In this document: in pieces, positions 14,691 through 27,001 of the stretch
Layout: the number at the start of each line of letters is the position of its first letter
Numbering within the stretch: the first letter of the stretch is position 1
NCBI GenBank assembly: GCA_951406725.2
Contig: OX597828.1
Coordinates: 23,870,001 to 23,934,000 of the forward strand
DNA: 64,000 nucleotides
Reading direction: 5' to 3'
Source: Octopus vulgaris
Lineage: Eukaryota
Notes under the pieces: generated by a model
Seen by the model: only the letters and a program-made list of their open reading frames with translations
What the model was told of the DNA's origin: nothing
The model's database searches: none
Made by a program: the position numbers and the translations under genes

Positions 14691-15249
14691 GTTCATAACG
14701 CCGCTACCCTTGCATTCTGTGGCTTCTATAGACCCCCCCACTCCCTGCACGGAACTAATTTCTGTCATCAGAGTGAACCGGAGCAACGGGAAATGAGGTG
14801 CTTTGCTCAAGAACTCAATTCATCCAGGAATCGAAACCGCAAGTTTATGATCGCAATTATAACACCATAACCACCAAAACAGATGCTTCAATTTATAAGA
14901 ACATAAAAGGCATGACGCAGAGAAAAAGCAATTTTATAAACAAAGGAAAAGAAGCAGAAATGTTTTTGTGGTTCAATATATTTTGTAGTTTCTCTATATT
15001 CGAATATTTATTTTACGCTTAATGTTGATGTTCTCTTTTTGAAATTTCCTATAAAATGTGGTTTATGGCCGTTATTAGACTATTATCTCACTAAATATAA
15101 CGGGGAATTCACTGAATCGTTCGCTCGACGGACAAATGGCATTCGGCGTGTTGTCATATATCTTAATGGCCTAAGTTCAAATCCGACAAGAGCTTTTTTC
15201 TTTCTTTTTTTTTCCTTATTGCAAAGATTGATAAAGCTTCCACCGTGTT

Positions 15250-15663
15250 ACTCTCTTTACTCTTTTTACTTGTTTCAGTCATTTGACTGCGGCCATGCTG
15301 GAGCACCGCCTTTAGTCGAGCAAATCGACCCCGGGACTTATACTTTGTAAGCCCAGTACTTATTCTATCGGTCTCTTTTGCCGAACCGCTAAGTGACGGG
15401 GACGTACACACACCAGCATTGGTTGTCAAGCAATGCTAGGGGAACAAACACAGACACACAAACATATTCACACACACTTATATATATATACATATATACG
15501 ACAGGCTTCTTTCAGTTTCCGTCTACCAAATCCACTCACAAGGCATTGGTCGGCCCGGGGCTATAGCAGAAGACACTTGCCCAAGATGCCACGCAGTGGG
15601 ACTGAACCCGGAACCATGTGGTTGGTTAGCAAGCTACTTACCAAACAGCCACTCCTGCGCCTA
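15250..15663 (-). mobile_element. SINE family A, full length
   Basis: A box gtggctgtttgg, B box ggttcagtccc, CORE-like cttgggcaagtg, (AGTAAA)-like tail. Near-identical to copies at 24105, 47670 and 55895. Confidence 0.9.
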
Positions 15664-15953
15664 TGTTAGTGGAGAAAATTGTATAAATTTGCGTTTGTAT
15701 CACACATCAGTACTGCGATTCCACGTCTTTGAACTTCATAGTCAAACGACTTTTATACAGTTTCAATAATTCATCATAAAAAACATATAATTAAATATAG
15801 GAGTAAGGCTATGGAGAGCGTCATTTCGTCCATCTCTGTGTTCTGAGTGCAAATTCCGTCAAGCTCCATTGTGTCATTCATCCTGTAGGGGTCGATAACA
15901 GAAGCACTAGTTGAACCCTGGATCGATACATTCACGGTATCCTCTCTACCGAG

Positions 15954-16186
15954 AGGGTGGTGAGCTGGCAGAATCGTTAGCACGCCGGACTAAATGCGTA
16001 GCCGTATTTCGTCTGCCGTTACTTTCTGAGTTCAAATTCCGCCGAGGTCGACTTTGCCTTTCATCCTTTCGGGGTCGATAAATTAAGTACCAGTTATGCA
16101 TTGGAGTCGATATAATCGACTTAATCCGTTTGTCTGGCCTTGTTTGTCCTCTCTGCGTTTAGCCCCTTGTGGGTAGTAAAGAAATA
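15954..16186 (+). mobile_element. SINE family B with 18-bp target-site duplication
   Basis: ggtatcctctctaccgag at 15936-15953 and 16187-16204. Confidence 0.9.
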
Positions 16187-16639
16187 GGTATCCTCTCTAC
16201 CGAGTTTCAGTCAAAATTTAAAACCAATTTATAACATTTGTGGTTGGTAGGGTAAAGAACAGTGAAGTTCATTGGGCTAAGTTCTATTTCCAACAGTTCA
16301 TTTCGTCGACCCCAATTCATACCCCAACCAGTTAATCTAAATTTTGAGAAGTTTTCGTATAATTAAGATTAATACCAGTATTGCCACAGAGCCAAACCAA
16401 TCAACCAAATATGTAAAACTGATATTTTGAAGAGCTGGTGGTGGTGTAATACAGAAGAATAAAATGGATGTCAGAGTTCGTTTTTATTTCTCTCTCCGCT
16501 CTCTCTGTTTTATGTGGGAAATTCGAAAACTTGCTACAGTTTAAGATTATATTTGTCCTCAATAAAATTAGTTTGAGTTCATATAACTCTGAAGTCAACT
16601 TTGCCTTCCATCCTCCGGAGTTGATGAAATATAGTCGTT

Positions 16640-17085
16640 CCTACTCTAGATACAAGGCCTGGCATTTTGACGTAAGGGACAAGTGGATTAGATTAATCCT
16701 AGGGCGCAAATGGTGCTTAATTTATCGATACCGAAATGATGAAAGGCAAAGCTAAGCTCGGTGGAATTTGAACTTAGAACGTAAAGACGAAATACTGCCA
16801 AGCATTTCGCCCGGCGTGCTAACGTTTTTGCCAACTCACCGCATTGTTGATGAAATATATTAGCACACCACTGTTTTATTCTTGACGAATTATTGTTGTC
16901 AAATATTGGCTTAAGTCCAGCATGTACGGGGAGGAGTGTGAATTGATTTTATCGACCCCAGCACTCAACTGGTGCCTATTTTCATCGAGTCTGAAAGGCG
17001 GAATTTGAACTCAGAATGTGGAGGCGGACCAAGTGTGGCTAATCATTTTGCCCGGCGTACTAACGATTCTGCCAGCTCACCGGCC
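16640..17085 (-). mobile_element. Two SINE family B copies
   Basis: ggaatttgaact.agaa...ttcgcccggcgtgctaacg...gcca.ctc.cc twice. Confidence 0.75.
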
Positions 17086-17460
17086 TACGCAGCTCGCGTT
17101 CTAGAGCAATTGTTAAGACATTAAATGAGAGGCTTTGCAGTATATCCCTCGTTCCAACGCTTCAAATCCACCATTACATTTGGAGCAACGACACTGTACT
17201 TTTGGGATTAAAGTGTTACTGAGATTAACTTTGACTTGAATCCTTCTAAGCTCGGAGTCAATGATAATGTATGTGTGTGTGTCGAGAGGAGGGAAGGAGG
17301 GAAGGAGTCCAGAAAAGAGAGGGAGATAGATAGATAGATAGATAGATAGATACAGATATGTAGATACATACATAGAGAAACGGTCGATGTGACTAGTTTA
17401 AGCATTTCATAACCCCTTATCAGAGAACTGTTATTTATTTTGCATTGCATCAATTTCTGG

Positions 17461-17529
<69 letters not shown>

Positions 17530-17793
17530 AACAAAAGCTAAGTAGAAGACAATAAAAATAAAACATTCGGACAGATAGACGACACAAGAGAAACAACAAT
17601 TACACTTGAGATGGTTCGATCTGGTTGCCCACCCAAAATTCTCAGCTAAGAGCATTAGAGCCCTTTGTAAGAAAGCTTGCGAATGTGCACGGCAACAAAG
17701 ACAGAAAAACGGAGAACATGGTACACAATTACGAATACGAACAACAAGAAAATAACAACAGGTGTCTTTGGACTGAGAACGAATCCAATATAA

Positions 17794-17841
<48 letters not shown>

Positions 17842-17889
17842 TTGCGTATACAAATGGAGATAAAGAATGAAAAATGTGTGACTAGTCAG

Positions 17890-20235
17890 AATAAAACGAT
17901 CTTGGATCTGGTACTGACCAATCACTCTAGCTACGTTCACAGCATTTCAGTCGAAAAAACTCTCCTCTCAGACCACGACATGGTACTCTGCAATCTTAAT
18001 TCCCGACGTATAAAAACCAAACCAGCCAATCCCACTCCATGGCACCCATTTGACAACATAAATTTCCACAAAGTGGACTGGGGAACAATCAGAAAGGATC
18101 TGTCTTCCATCGACTGGTCTTTTACTCTCAATTCCCCTCATATTGAGACCGCGTGGCAGCACTTTGAAACCATTGTCACCGACACATGCTCTAAACACGC
18201 TCCCAAGAAATCTACTAACACAAACAGAAACCGGCTCCCTAAAAAGAAAAAAACACTCATCAGGCGCATCAAAAGACTCAACAAAAAAATCAACCAATTA
18301 AAATATTCCCACACGCAACATCCACATTCAACAACAATGAAAAGACTAGAGCTGGAAAAACTTCATCTGCAGACTAACATGAAAACCTCCATTGAAAATC
18401 AAAGAGCTGTGGAGGAACAATGGGTAATCAAAAACATCAAACAGAACCCAAAAGTGTTCTATTCTTATGCAAATAAGCATAGAACCACTGTCTCACCTAT
18501 TGGGCCATTGATTGATGAAAACGGCATTCCCCAACACGATGCTAAAGAAATGGCAGAAATACTGCAGAAACAATATTGCTCTGTCTTCAGTGTTCCCACT
18601 GATATTGATGTGAGGGAAACGAACGAAGCTGACTCCCAACACAAAATCGCAGACATAACCTTCACTGCCACCGACATCGTAGCAGCAATAAATGAGGTCA
18701 AACATTACTCCGCTGTAGGCCCTGATAGATTTCCCGCCAGTCTCCTGAAGGAATGTAGATATCAACTTGCAGTCCCTCTGACCAACCTCTGGAGAAATTC
18801 GTTAGACGCAGGTTATATACCGAAAAAGTTTCTATCCCAGTCGGTCATCCCGGTTTTCAAACAGGGAAACAGATCCCTCGCAGTCAACTATCGCCCAATC
18901 TCACTCACCTCCCACATCATTAAAGTGTTTGAAAGAGTGTTAAGATCAAGGATAGCTGACTTCCTGGAGACCCACAAACTCCTAAATTCAAATCAACATG
19001 GCTTTCGCTGTGGCAGGGACTGTCTAACACAGCTCTTACACCACATTGAAGATGTACTCAAAGCCTTCGGGAACAGTAAAGCGTTCGACAGGGTAGACCA
19101 TAACATCCTACTCTCAAAATTGGCAAATGTTGGAATCCGTGGAAAAGTTCTACACTGGATTCAGTATTTCCTAGCGAATAGAACACAACATGTTGTAGTT
19201 GATGGAGTCCACTCAAACCCAGCAAAAGTCACCAGCGGTGTTCCCCAGGGAACTGTTTTGGGTCCGCTACTCTTCATAATTTATGTAAACGATCTTTCCA
19301 GTGTCGTACATCACTGCAAAGTGAAAATATTCGCTGATGACACTAAGCTCCAACAAATCGTCAATGAAGAAGCAGACCGAACTCAACTCCAGTCTGACCT
19401 ATATGCTGTGAGTCAATGGGCAGACAGAAACAAAATGCAACTGAATGAGGGAAAATTTGAGCTGATGCATTTTGGAAGAAATTCCTCACTAAAACAACCA
19501 TACTCTCTTCCTTCAGGGGAACCGCTCACAGCCTCTAACAATATCAGAGACCTGGGTGTAATTGTTGATGACGATCTCAGTTGGAGTGCACACATCAACA
19601 AGAAGGTCGATACAGCTCGTAGGATGAGTTCCTGGATCTTAAGAACTTTCCGGTCCAGAGAACAAGGTGTCATCATACCACTTTTTTCATCCTTTGTACG
19701 GCCACACCTTGAATACTGCTGCCCACTGTTGTCTCCTCACACAAGACAAAACGTCTCCAGAATTGAGTCACCCCAGAGGGCTCTCACTAAACAAATTGAA
19801 GGCATGGCTGCTCTCGACTATTGGGATCGCCTTAAAGCCTTGAAACTTTACTCCCTCCAGCGTCGCCGTGAGCGGTACATCATTTGTACGATGTGGAAAA
19901 TATACCGCCAACTTTGCCCAAACGACCTAAACATTAGCTTCAAGGTTCATCCGAGACTTGGACCACGGGCTATACGTCCCCTGCCAAATTCAAGATCACA
20001 ACATACATGTACACTGCAACATAATTTCTTTTCCTCAACAGGCCCTGCCCTATTTAACATTGTCCCGAGGGAGATCAAAGAGGAAAAGGATCCCATCAAC
20101 TTCAAACAGAGTCTGGATAGATTCCTTCAAAGAATACCAGACAAGCCACCCATAATTGGATACAACTCACCCAACAAGAACTCACTACTTGAACAAAACT
20201 GGATACAACTCACCCAACAAGAACTCACTACTTGA
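17890..20235 (+). pseudogene. LINE ORF2 (endonuclease remnant + reverse transcriptase); open frame but probably non-functional
   Basis: Motifs GPD, NYRPISLTS, QHGFR, SKAFDRV, GVPQGTVLGPLLF, FADD, RDLGV, LEYC. Most of the endonuclease is missing, and so is the VD..YLDF segment before SKAFD. The ATG at 17806 lies in a microsatellite. Confidence 0.88.
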
Positions 20236-20243
20236 ACAAAACT
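20158..20243 (+). repeat. Perfect 43-bp tandem duplication at the end of ORF2
   Basis: ggatacaactcacccaacaagaactcactacttgaacaaaact at 20158-20200 and 20201-20243. Confidence 0.95.
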
Positions 20244-21029
20244 TGACTTAAACAGGATTCGAATAATCCTATCAGGTGGTGCTATTAAGTTAGACATGGC
20301 CTGGACCAATCTCTGGTCGAAACATATCTAAGTTTTATCTAAGTTTTATCTAAGTCTCGTTATTATCATCGCTTCTAAGATCTGAGATCCTGTGTAAAAA
20401 GAAAACAAATGCTTATCGCTGTTTGTAATACCCATACATGTACACAAATACACACGCACTCACGCACACATACACTCTCTCTCTCTCTCACTCTCTCTCA
20501 CTCTCTCTCTGTCTCTCTCTTAATTAATCTGATTGCAGAACTCACGCTTAGTCCGGAACATTTTCGTTGTAGAGTCGTCAACGCCCTGCAACAGTCGTAC
20601 TATACACGACGACGACGAAAACGGCAGCGATATTTTGGCAAACACAATTTCATGTATTGTTGAGAAAATGAGCTTCCATGTTTATCTATTTAGATATTTA
20701 TTTTGCGCGCGCGCATGTGTATTTAAGAATTGTAGGGTGCATTTAGTTGTTGCTGCAACTGCTTGTGGCCACGTAGACCTCTATTAATGCTAGTGTTGTT
20801 ACAGTGTTATTGGCGTCTGTGTTGACAATGTCCTAGAGCTAAACAAATGCTGAACTTCATTCTTTCAACAAAGCGAGGAAAAGAAAAATGAAGTGGCATT
20901 TCAGATATACATTACACCTAGTTCCTCTATGCATGTATGTATGTATCTATGTATGTATCTATGTATGTATCTATGTATGTATGTACGTACGGATGGATGG
21001 ATTGATGTATAGTTATTTTTTTTATTCTT

Positions 21030-21234
21030 GTATTCTTTTACTTGCTGTAGTCATTTGACTGCGGCCATGCTGGTGCACCGCCTTTAGTTGAATCGGAGGA
21101 CTTAATCTTTCTAAGCCTAGTACGTATTCTATCGGTCTCTTTTGCTGAGCCGCTAGGTTACGGGGACGTAAACGCACCGACATCGGTTGTCAAGCGTCGG
21201 TGAGGGAACAAGCAAAAAAACACAAACATACACG

Positions 21235-21281
<47 letters not shown>

Positions 21282-21415
21282 ATCAGTGTGTGTGTTTATA
21301 TCGACCCCTGTAATTATTCTATCGGACTCTTTTGTCAGCCCGATCAGTTACCTTTTGTCAGCCCGCTCAGTTACGGGGACGTAAACCCAACGACAACTGT
21401 TGTCAAGCGGTGACG
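21030..21415 (-). mobile_element. SINE family A 3' portions (two partial units)
   Basis: attctatcgg.ctcttttg...gttacggggacgtaaac...gttgtcaagcg twice. Confidence 0.75.
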
Positions 21416-21974
21416 AGGAGGAAAAATCCGGGCTACATATATTTCATAAAGAGCGAAACCTCTAAATTGTTAAAGTCCAAGTGAAGTGAATGCCACCGGT
21501 TACTCTTCCGGCCAAGGATAATTATTTCTCCCTACATTTATATACTCCTCTCATAATGTGCTTTCTACACATTCTGATCGAATCTTCTGTGCGTCAACAA
21601 GTACCTCCATACGACATTGTAACCTTTAATCTGATCAAGATATCCTTGGCCTGAAGAGTAGCCGCTGGGATACACTTCACTTGGATTTTACGATTTCTGA
21701 GGTCCCGCTCGCTATGTAACATATGTAGCCCTGGTCTTTCCTATTCCATTCCGTAACTCTTGTATTCATATTCGCACATCCGGAAATTCTGGTCGCCTAC
21801 CATGGAATATAAAAATAACTTTTTATCACCTTATCGTTCTTCGATACGAAAAAAATCTACAACCTTCCTTCTCAATAAGCCACAATTCTCCTTGAATGTT
21901 GTTTATTTTATATATTTACTACGTATTGCTTGAAGCTAACTTTCTTCTTACACCTCGATCCCTGGATCATTTAT

Positions 21975-22016
<42 letters not shown>

Positions 22017-22018
<2 letters not shown>

Positions 22019-22262
22019 CGATGGGTGAATGAATTATCCTATGTTTACCGTTAACATGGAAAATGTGGGAAGCCATCATAAATGTTATAATGTCTTGTTG
22101 TTGAGAGAGGCTCTCTTTCTTTCCTGATGAGAAGATTGTATCTTACACCGTTTATTCCTTTGGAACAAAACCATGCTGTCTTCGAAACATATGTTGAAAG
22201 TAAATGAATTTTATTAACATCTTTGTTCAACTCAATTTATTTATTTATTCATCTATATACAA
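22017..22262 (+). mobile_element. Hammerhead-bearing repeat family H1, with inverted terminal piece
   Basis: 22017-22063 matches 3716-3762 in the same orientation, while about 22105-22262 matches 3866-4016 in the opposite orientation. Confidence 0.65.
22119..22200 (+). ncRNA. Type I hammerhead ribozyme (family H1)
   Basis: ctttc CTGATGA(22124-30) gaagat...gtcttc GAAA(22184-87) catatg TT gaaag. Perfect stem I, GUU triplet. Confidence 0.75.
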
Positions 22263-22882
22263 TGGTCCGCTTTCAATTTCCTTCGATGAAATCCACTCGC
22301 AAATCTGTAGTCAGCCCGATGTTAAAGTAGAAGACACTTGCCCAAGGTGCGACGCGACAAAATGAGACTGAATCCGGAGCTATATATTTTGGAAGCAAAG
22401 TACTTACCATACATCCACGCCTAAAAATTCTAAATAGCAACGCATTTATAATACAAACCGCCCGAATCAATATGTCCGTATTGTTTAGATGTCGGCTGTT
22501 TGGCGAGCCTGAAATTATGAAGACTTGGAGATGGGAAAATGACTACGTCTCTAAACGAAATGACACAAGCGAAATTGAAACCATTATACATAAGTTTTTG
22601 TCTTCTTTCTTTATATTTGTTTCTGTTATTACAATGCGACCATGCTGGGGCACCCACCTTGTGATATTTTAGTCGAACTAATCAATTCAGTATTTATTCC
22701 CTTTCAAAGTCTGGTACCTATTCTATCGATCTCCTTTGCCGCACTGCTAGATTTCCGAAACGTAAACACAATCTTACCGGTCAGCAAAAGTTGACAAGGA
22801 CTTAAACAAGATACAAAATCTACACACACGCAAACACAAACACACATACAAGCACACTCACATATATTTGTGCGTGTATGTG

Positions 22883-22937
<55 letters not shown>

Positions 22938-23497
22938 ATAACTATGAGTATGGTATATATGAGAGGGAATACGAGATCTCATTCGTCTGTTTGAATTCGG
23001 AAGTACTGGTTGTTAGATGTATGTTGTCTGATGTCGCTTGATCAGATAAGTATGTTTAATTTTTACAGTGCTCTCAAATACAAAATCATGAATTACTATA
23101 CTGAAAAGTGAGAATCATAGAGTAGAAATGTGTTTTTTTACATTTTTTCACATCTATCTAACTCCGAAACGCCTCTACAATTAATCAAAGCCGGGTGGAT
23201 TGGTTATTCTTTGTTTCTCTTTGCCTGCGTGGGTTGTTGAGTATTGTTGTCTGGGTTATTTTCTTATGGTAGAGAAATAGCTAGTTTTTACTGCTATTTC
23301 TAAATTTCGGTATGTGGTGAAGCAAATTTTTTCCTGGACCCTAATTATAATTATACTCATAATTACAAAAACATTTGTTTAAGTTTACCAATAATGGTTC
23401 TTTTAACACACCGAACTACTTGATAAAATTATTAATTATTAATTCATTATGTAATTTTACCCTTTATTATTATTATTAATTACACAAACACACACAC

Positions 23498-23658
23498 ACA
23501 TATATATAAATATATATATATATGTATGTAAGTATATATATATATATAAATATATATATATATGTATGTATGTAAGTATATATATATATATAAATATATA
23601 TATATATGTATGTATGTAAGTATATATATATATATATGTATGTATGTAAGTATATATA

Positions 23659-23692
<34 letters not shown>
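23498..23692. repeat. TA-derived minisatellite
   Basis: Repeated unit tataaatatatatatatatgtatgtaagtatat. Confidence 0.8.
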
Positions 23693-24104
23693 TACGAGTT
23701 TCTTTCGGTTTTTCTCTAACAAATCTACTCATAAAGCCCAACAAGTCACGTCGGCCCCTGCCGTCATAGTATTGCAAATTCGAACCTGACAATACAGTGT
23801 TGTTGTGTTCGGTTGAGCAGCGTTTATTTTAGTAAACATTTCAAAAATTAGAATTTGCACATCGCCTGAGGCGGAATGTCTGCCAAATTTTCAAGCTGGT
23901 TGTTTGGTGAGTCAAAATTAATGAGACTATAAAGATTCTAAGTCTGTACTCGGATCTACAGGAAAGAAACAAAATGAGAGGAGTGGTGACAATTTCACGT
24001 TCGCTCTCTCCCTCTCTCTCTCCACGCACACATATATATTTATATATATATACATATATACTCAACTGTAACCAAGCAGATATCCATTATATATATATAT
24101 ATAT

Positions 24105-24525
24105 ATTACTCTTTTACTCTTTTACTTGTTTGTCATTTGACTGCGGCCATGCAGTAGCACCGCCTTTAGTCGAGCAAATCGACCACGGGACTTATTCTTT
24201 GTAAGCCCAGTACTTATTCTATCGGTCTCTTTTGCCGAACAGCTAAGTGACGGGGACGTAAACACACCAGCATCGGTTGTCAAGCAATGCTACGCGGACA
24301 AACACAGACACACAAACATATACACATACACACACACACATATACATATATATACATATTTACGACGGGCTTCTTTCAGTTTCCGTCTACCAAATCCACT
24401 CGCAAGGCTTTGGTCGCCCCGAGGCTATAGTAGAAGACACTTGCCCAAGATGCCACACAGCGGGACTGAACCCGGAACCATGTGGTTGGTAAGCAAGCTA
24501 CTTACCACACAGCCACTCCTGCGCC

Positions 24526-24527
<2 letters not shown>
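24105..24527 (-). mobile_element. SINE family A, full length
   Basis: As 15250-15663. Confidence 0.9.
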
Positions 24528-24565
<38 letters not shown>

Positions 24566-24793
24566 TGCGTGTATATTGTGTGTGTATTGTGATACTGACA
24601 ATAACCCACAAAGAGTAGTGCTCTGATTATGGATTACTGATTCGTCTTTTATTTTTTCGGTCAGAACAGAGTTATGTTGTTTCGACAACATCCAAGCAAA
24701 CTCAACATCACTTTCATATTTCATCAGAATTTAATCCATACTATTGCTAATTTAATATCTCCTCTTCATTTGATACTACACCTAAATTGTCCC

Positions 24794-24826
<33 letters not shown>

Positions 24827-25699
24827 GATAATGATGATGATAATTATAATAATAATAATAGTAATGTGTATATTGTTGTTGCGGTTGTTCTTGCTCTTAA
24901 TGAGATCTAGGTTGATTTTAACGTAATCAGTTTTTATCACGCAAAATATTTCCTTCAAAAATTCTTCAAAACACAGATTCGTGATCAGGAATTATTCTCT
25001 TCAGTATCATATTCAAACTAGAAAAACATTAATAATATAAATTAAGATAACACAGAAAAAAAACGACTTAATACGAACGTTAAAAGAAAAGAAAAGAAAA
25101 CCATTAAATCAACATACATTCCCGCATATCTCGAGACAATTGTTTCAACATTTACGTCATGTAATTTATTAGTCTTCACGCAACTCAATATCCGTGTATT
25201 ACATTATATATGGATGTTTCTGGTTTTAAATAACGATTTTTATACATGTTTACTTGATGTTTTTAACGGTAATTTTTTTTATGTAATCATTCAGATGTTT
25301 TATTGTTGTTTTATTTTCTCCGGTTTGTTAGCATGTTATTGTAATCGCCAAAAGATTCGTGTTTAAATATCTGTGCTTTAAATCCGAATGAATGTAACAT
25401 ATATTCCAAGAATTAGCGTGAAGAACACTGTAACACTAATTAGGTGATGCAATATCACAGGAAAAACTAAAATTATATAAATAATTCATGTTTCTTATTG
25501 TCTTTAATGTTAATGCTTTTTTTAAAAAAATATTTATCCATATGAAATTACATATTGTGAAAGGATATTTATTGTAATTGTCTCTTTAGTATTAGAATCT
25601 CGTCACAGTGGCGCATCTCTTTCCATACCTAAGACTGTCTGATTTAAATAGTGCATTTCTTGGCCTATAGCATGTACTATAATGAAGTACGTGAACGTG

Positions 25700-25925
25700 C
25701 GTTGTCTAACGGTGAGAATGCTGCACACAATCACAAGATCACGGGTTCAATTTACAGATTCGACGACATTGTATTCTCGGACAAAATACTTAGTTTCTTG
25801 TTGCTGCAGTCCACTCCCCTGTAAATTAGTGACCCTGTAACGAACTGGTTTCCAGTTCAGATGAGGCTGCTTTGATATCAGCCACATACACGACAAACAA
25901 ACCGGAAAACCGCCCCTTTGAGGAC
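25700..25925 (+). mobile_element. Degenerate tRNA-SINE with V-domain-like end
   Basis: gggttcaattt B box, gttgctgcagtccactc block (shared with 49600), aaccggaaaaccgccc. Confidence 0.45.
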
Positions 25926-26947
25926 AAGGAGACGAGACAGTACTTGCTTTAACGATGCACATTGCAATTATACTTGGTAAGTGTGATAATTTAGCAGGAT
26001 CATCAGAACGGTCGAGAAACTGAATTGTGGTATATATTCCAGCTCTTTACGTTCTGTGTTCAAATCCTGCCCAAGTCAACTATACCGCTTATACTTCGGG
26101 AGCCGATAAAGAAACCTACCAGTCAGGTACTGGAACTGAATTATTCGACTAATACTTCCAGCACAGTACCACTATCCTTATGTATGTGTTACAAACAAGT
26201 CATCAAGGCTTGTTATTATTATTATTTTTTTCAGAGATAGTACGGTTTGCAATTCATGCTGTTCAAGACCAGAGGACTTCCTGCAAGGCATCTTGTCGGA
26301 CACTCTACCACTTTCGCCATTTTACTGGCGTGGATTGATACATTTTTGAACTCTCAAAAGGATGAAATGCAATAGTGACAGTTTTGGCAGGATGTGGAAT
26401 TAGAGCAGAGAGTATCGCAACAAATAATACGACTCTGCAAATATTATATTCCATTGAACCCTAACCCTACCCCTAACTCTAACCTAAGATCCCTGCAAAT
26501 ACAAAGACTTAAAATTCGAGAAATTATTCAGCATCGGAAAAACTCCAAGCTCGGGCATGGCTATGTGTTCGAGAAGTTTGCTTCACAGTCACGTTGTTTC
26601 AGGTTCAATCCCACTGAATGGTATATTTGGCAATTGTATTTTGCTGTAGCCCATATCCGAGAGGATGTATTTTGTAGCCGGAAAAGTAGAAGTTCACACA
26701 TTCATACATACATATATATGTATATATATTATATGTGCGTGTATATATATATATAATGTATATATATATATATATGCATGTATATACCCTAATATTTGTT
26801 TCAATGTGAAGTAAATTAAATAGCTATTTAACATTAAACTGAATAATTACTCAATACTTGTTTGTAGAGTATATGATTGATTGATTGATTCTAGTTTCAG
26901 CTCATGAGCTGTAGCCATAATTTTACTAGAGCGACCTGAATTCGAAG

Positions 26948-27001
<54 letters not shown>

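Larger units (their letters stand above)
17890..20355 (+). mobile_element. CR1-type LINE, 5'-truncated, intact 3' end
   Basis: End of the APE domain (ILDLVLTN, SDHDMV) followed by an RT domain. Short 3' UTR with hairpin gacca-atctc-tggtc and terminal (ATCTAAGTTTT)x2.7 at 20326-20355. Confidence 0.92.

Noticed and set aside
15433-15669. Recurrent ORF ...RLPNPLTRHWSARGYSRRHLPK... (also 47862, 56063)
   Set aside because: Antisense reading of SINE family A, not a gene family.
17806-17890. N-terminus of the 809-aa ORF
   Set aside because: Chance in-frame fusion with a (TG)n flank; LINE homology starts at about 17890.
26455-26486. Short CCCTAA-like run
   Set aside because: Too short and degenerate to call telomeric; probably a repeat remnant.
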